From Candidatus Saccharimonadota bacterium (GTDB lineage: Bacteria; Pseudomonadota; Gammaproteobacteria; Enterobacterales; Enterobacteriaceae): a stretch of DNA of 32,000 nucleotides. The stretch is taken from positions 420,001 to 452,000 of the forward strand of contig CP188086.1 of assembly GCA_049942765.1 (NCBI GenBank). The letters are read 5' to 3'. How positions within the stretch are numbered: the stretch's first letter is position 1; every line of letters starts with the position of its first letter. This document shows, piece by piece, positions 30,456 to 32,000 of the stretch. The notes beneath the pieces are model-generated. The model worked only from the letters and a program-made list of their open reading frames with translations. It had not been told where the DNA came from and did no database searches. The translations under genes and the position numbers were made by a program.

Positions 30456-31546
30456 TTAAAATATAACCTATTCTATTACAAACTGTTAAATATATTAATA
30501 ATTAAAAACATCAAATATATATTCGTTTATATATAAAAATAAAATTTTTATCACATAACTAATTGTCTTAATAATATCAATTATAACAAAAACAACATAT
30601 AAACACGATTACAAAATAAATAAAACTTAAATACTTATTTATATGTTGTTCAATATTATGTTGTCAACAATACTTTAACATAAATCCATAAAAATTTTAC
30701 ATATAAAAATATCAAAAATAATACATAAAGATTTTAAAAAAAAAATATTTATACTGAAATTATCATATATAATACTACACACCATTCACATAAATCATCA
30801 TACTATGTAAAATTATACAAATAACTATTCATTCTATAAAATTATTTAAAAACATATTTTTATCTAAAAAGAACAATTTATATTGTTATCGTATACCCTA
30901 TTAATAATCAATAAAAAACTTTATACTAATTTTATTTATATAAAAATATTATTCCATAATCTAAAAATCAAATTAAATAAAAATATTAAAGAATTAATAA
31001 ACAAAAAAAATTCTTTTTATTAATACAAAAACACACTAAAAAACAACTAAAATTATATACTATAAATTACATAGTAAAATTTTATTTTTCAAACATATCA
31101 AAAATAATATTTTGATATTTAATTAATAAAATATAAAAATTTATGAAAATTTCATATATAAATTAAATATTATATAATTCATATTTTAATTAACAAATAA
31201 AAACTATCCATTAATACCTTGTATTAATGTATAATTTTTTATTATGCAAATTATTTCAAACAACTCCTGTAATATATTAGAAATAATAACGATCTCTTTA
31301 CTTATTAAAACTACTTCATATATATGTATTGAAACAAACTTTAAAATTCATCTATTGTAAAAATTAACGAAAATAAATATATTTATGTAAATATATATAT
31401 GAAATATTATATAATTAATGAGTAACAATTAGTGTTATTACATAAAAATATAATTAATTATATCTTGTAAAATAATTAACAATTACAAAAAAAATAATTA
31501 TACATTTTATAATTACTAAAATTTTCATTATTTAGAGGATCTAATC

Positions 31547-32000
31547 ATGACATATATGAAATTATTTGCTGGAAATGCCATACCAAAATTAGCCAAATCT
31601 ATAGCTGATAGATTATATATAAATTTAGGAAATGCTTCAGTCGGAAGATTTAGCGATGGAGAAATTAGTGTACAAATTAATGAAAACGTACGCGGTGGAG
31701 ATATTTTTATTATTCAATCTACATGTGCACCTACTAATGATAATTTAATGGAATTAATTGTTATGATCGATGCTTTACGTCGCGCATCTGCTGGTAGAAT
31801 TACAGCTGTTATCCCTTACTTCGGATATTCTCGACAAGATCGAAGAGTTCGTTCTGCTAGAGTTCCTATAACTGCTAAAGTAGTTGCAGATTTCATATCT
31901 AGTATTGGAGTTGATAGAATTCTAACTGTAGATCTACATGCAGAACAAATCCAGGGTTTTTTTGATGTTCCAGTCGATAATGTTTTTGGGAGTTTGATTT
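31547..32000 (+). CDS. prs: ribose-phosphate pyrophosphokinase, N-terminal part (continues off the right edge)
   Basis: My own translation gives [100 protein letters not shown]..., nearly identical to E. coli Prs. AGAGGA at 31534-31539 lies 7 nt before ATG 31547, and ATG 31556 (MKLF) is an alternative. The gene is not in the ORF track because it has no stop in the window. Confidence 0.93.
   Translation, partial: MTYMKLFAGNAIPKLAKSIADRLYINLGNASVGRFSDGEISVQINENVRGGDIFIIQSTCAPTNDNLMELIVMIDALRRASAGRITAVIPYFGYSRQDRRVRSARVPITAKVVADFISSIGVDRILTVDLHAEQIQGFFDVPVDNVFGSLI

Noticed and set aside
30591-30650. 13-bp inverted repeat aacaacatataaa ... tttatatgttgtt with a 34-nt loop in the prfA-prs spacer
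   Set aside because: It is within chance expectation for A/T-rich sequence when all spacings up to about 60 nt are allowed. It is not adjacent to a gene end.
31165-31416. 15-bp direct repeat aaatattatataatt at 31165-31179 and 31402-31416
   Set aside because: It is pure A/T. Matches of this length are expected many times by chance in this composition.
1-32000. Search for tRNA genes, mobile elements, and phage, defence or toxin systems
   Set aside because: The only T-loop-like GGTTCGAATCC is inside the tmRNA (10842-10852). Every ORF of meaningful length is a recognisable housekeeping gene. No transposase-like or integrase-like ORFs or terminal inverted repeats were seen.

Overview
The window looks like a highly reduced, extremely AT-rich gammaproteobacterial endosymbiont chromosome. 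GC is roughly 20-25% by eye and was not computed. Gene content and order (hpt | thrABC | ychF-pth-sodA | rnt | grxD | ssrA | nadK | grpE | ung | ahpC | DUF2076 | gyrA-nrdA-nrdB-yfaE | pta-ackA | nadE | sirB1-prmC-prfA | prs) match what I recall for Buchnera aphidicola. The tmRNA tag ending ...NYALAA fits that too, but I cannot confirm the taxon without a database search. I support 25 protein-coding genes (two truncated at the window edges), one tmRNA, three strong hairpin terminators at convergent gene junctions, and one in-frame tandem repeat. About 81% of the window is coding by my coordinates. All genes are core housekeeping and all look intact. I see no tRNA or rRNA genes, IS or transposase genes, phage genes, CRISPR arrays, toxin-antitoxin pairs or defence genes, and I do not see a convincing novel multi-gene system. 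The unusual items are listed here. (1) A near-perfect 36-bp x 7 tandem repeat adds about 110 aa to the N-terminus of GrpE. (2) A Thr/Ile-rich mini-frame sits where the thrL leader would be, but has no ATG and no attenuator hairpin. (3) Three very long ORF-free spacers (about 1.0, 0.7 and 1.1 kb) are present, one at the ancestral ispE-lolB-hemA position. (4) A DUF2076-type protein of unknown function is retained with a GTG start. (5) GyrA carries Ile83/Glu87 at the quinolone-resistance positions. (6) Many in-frame A9-A10 tracts and several non-ATG starts occur in essential genes.
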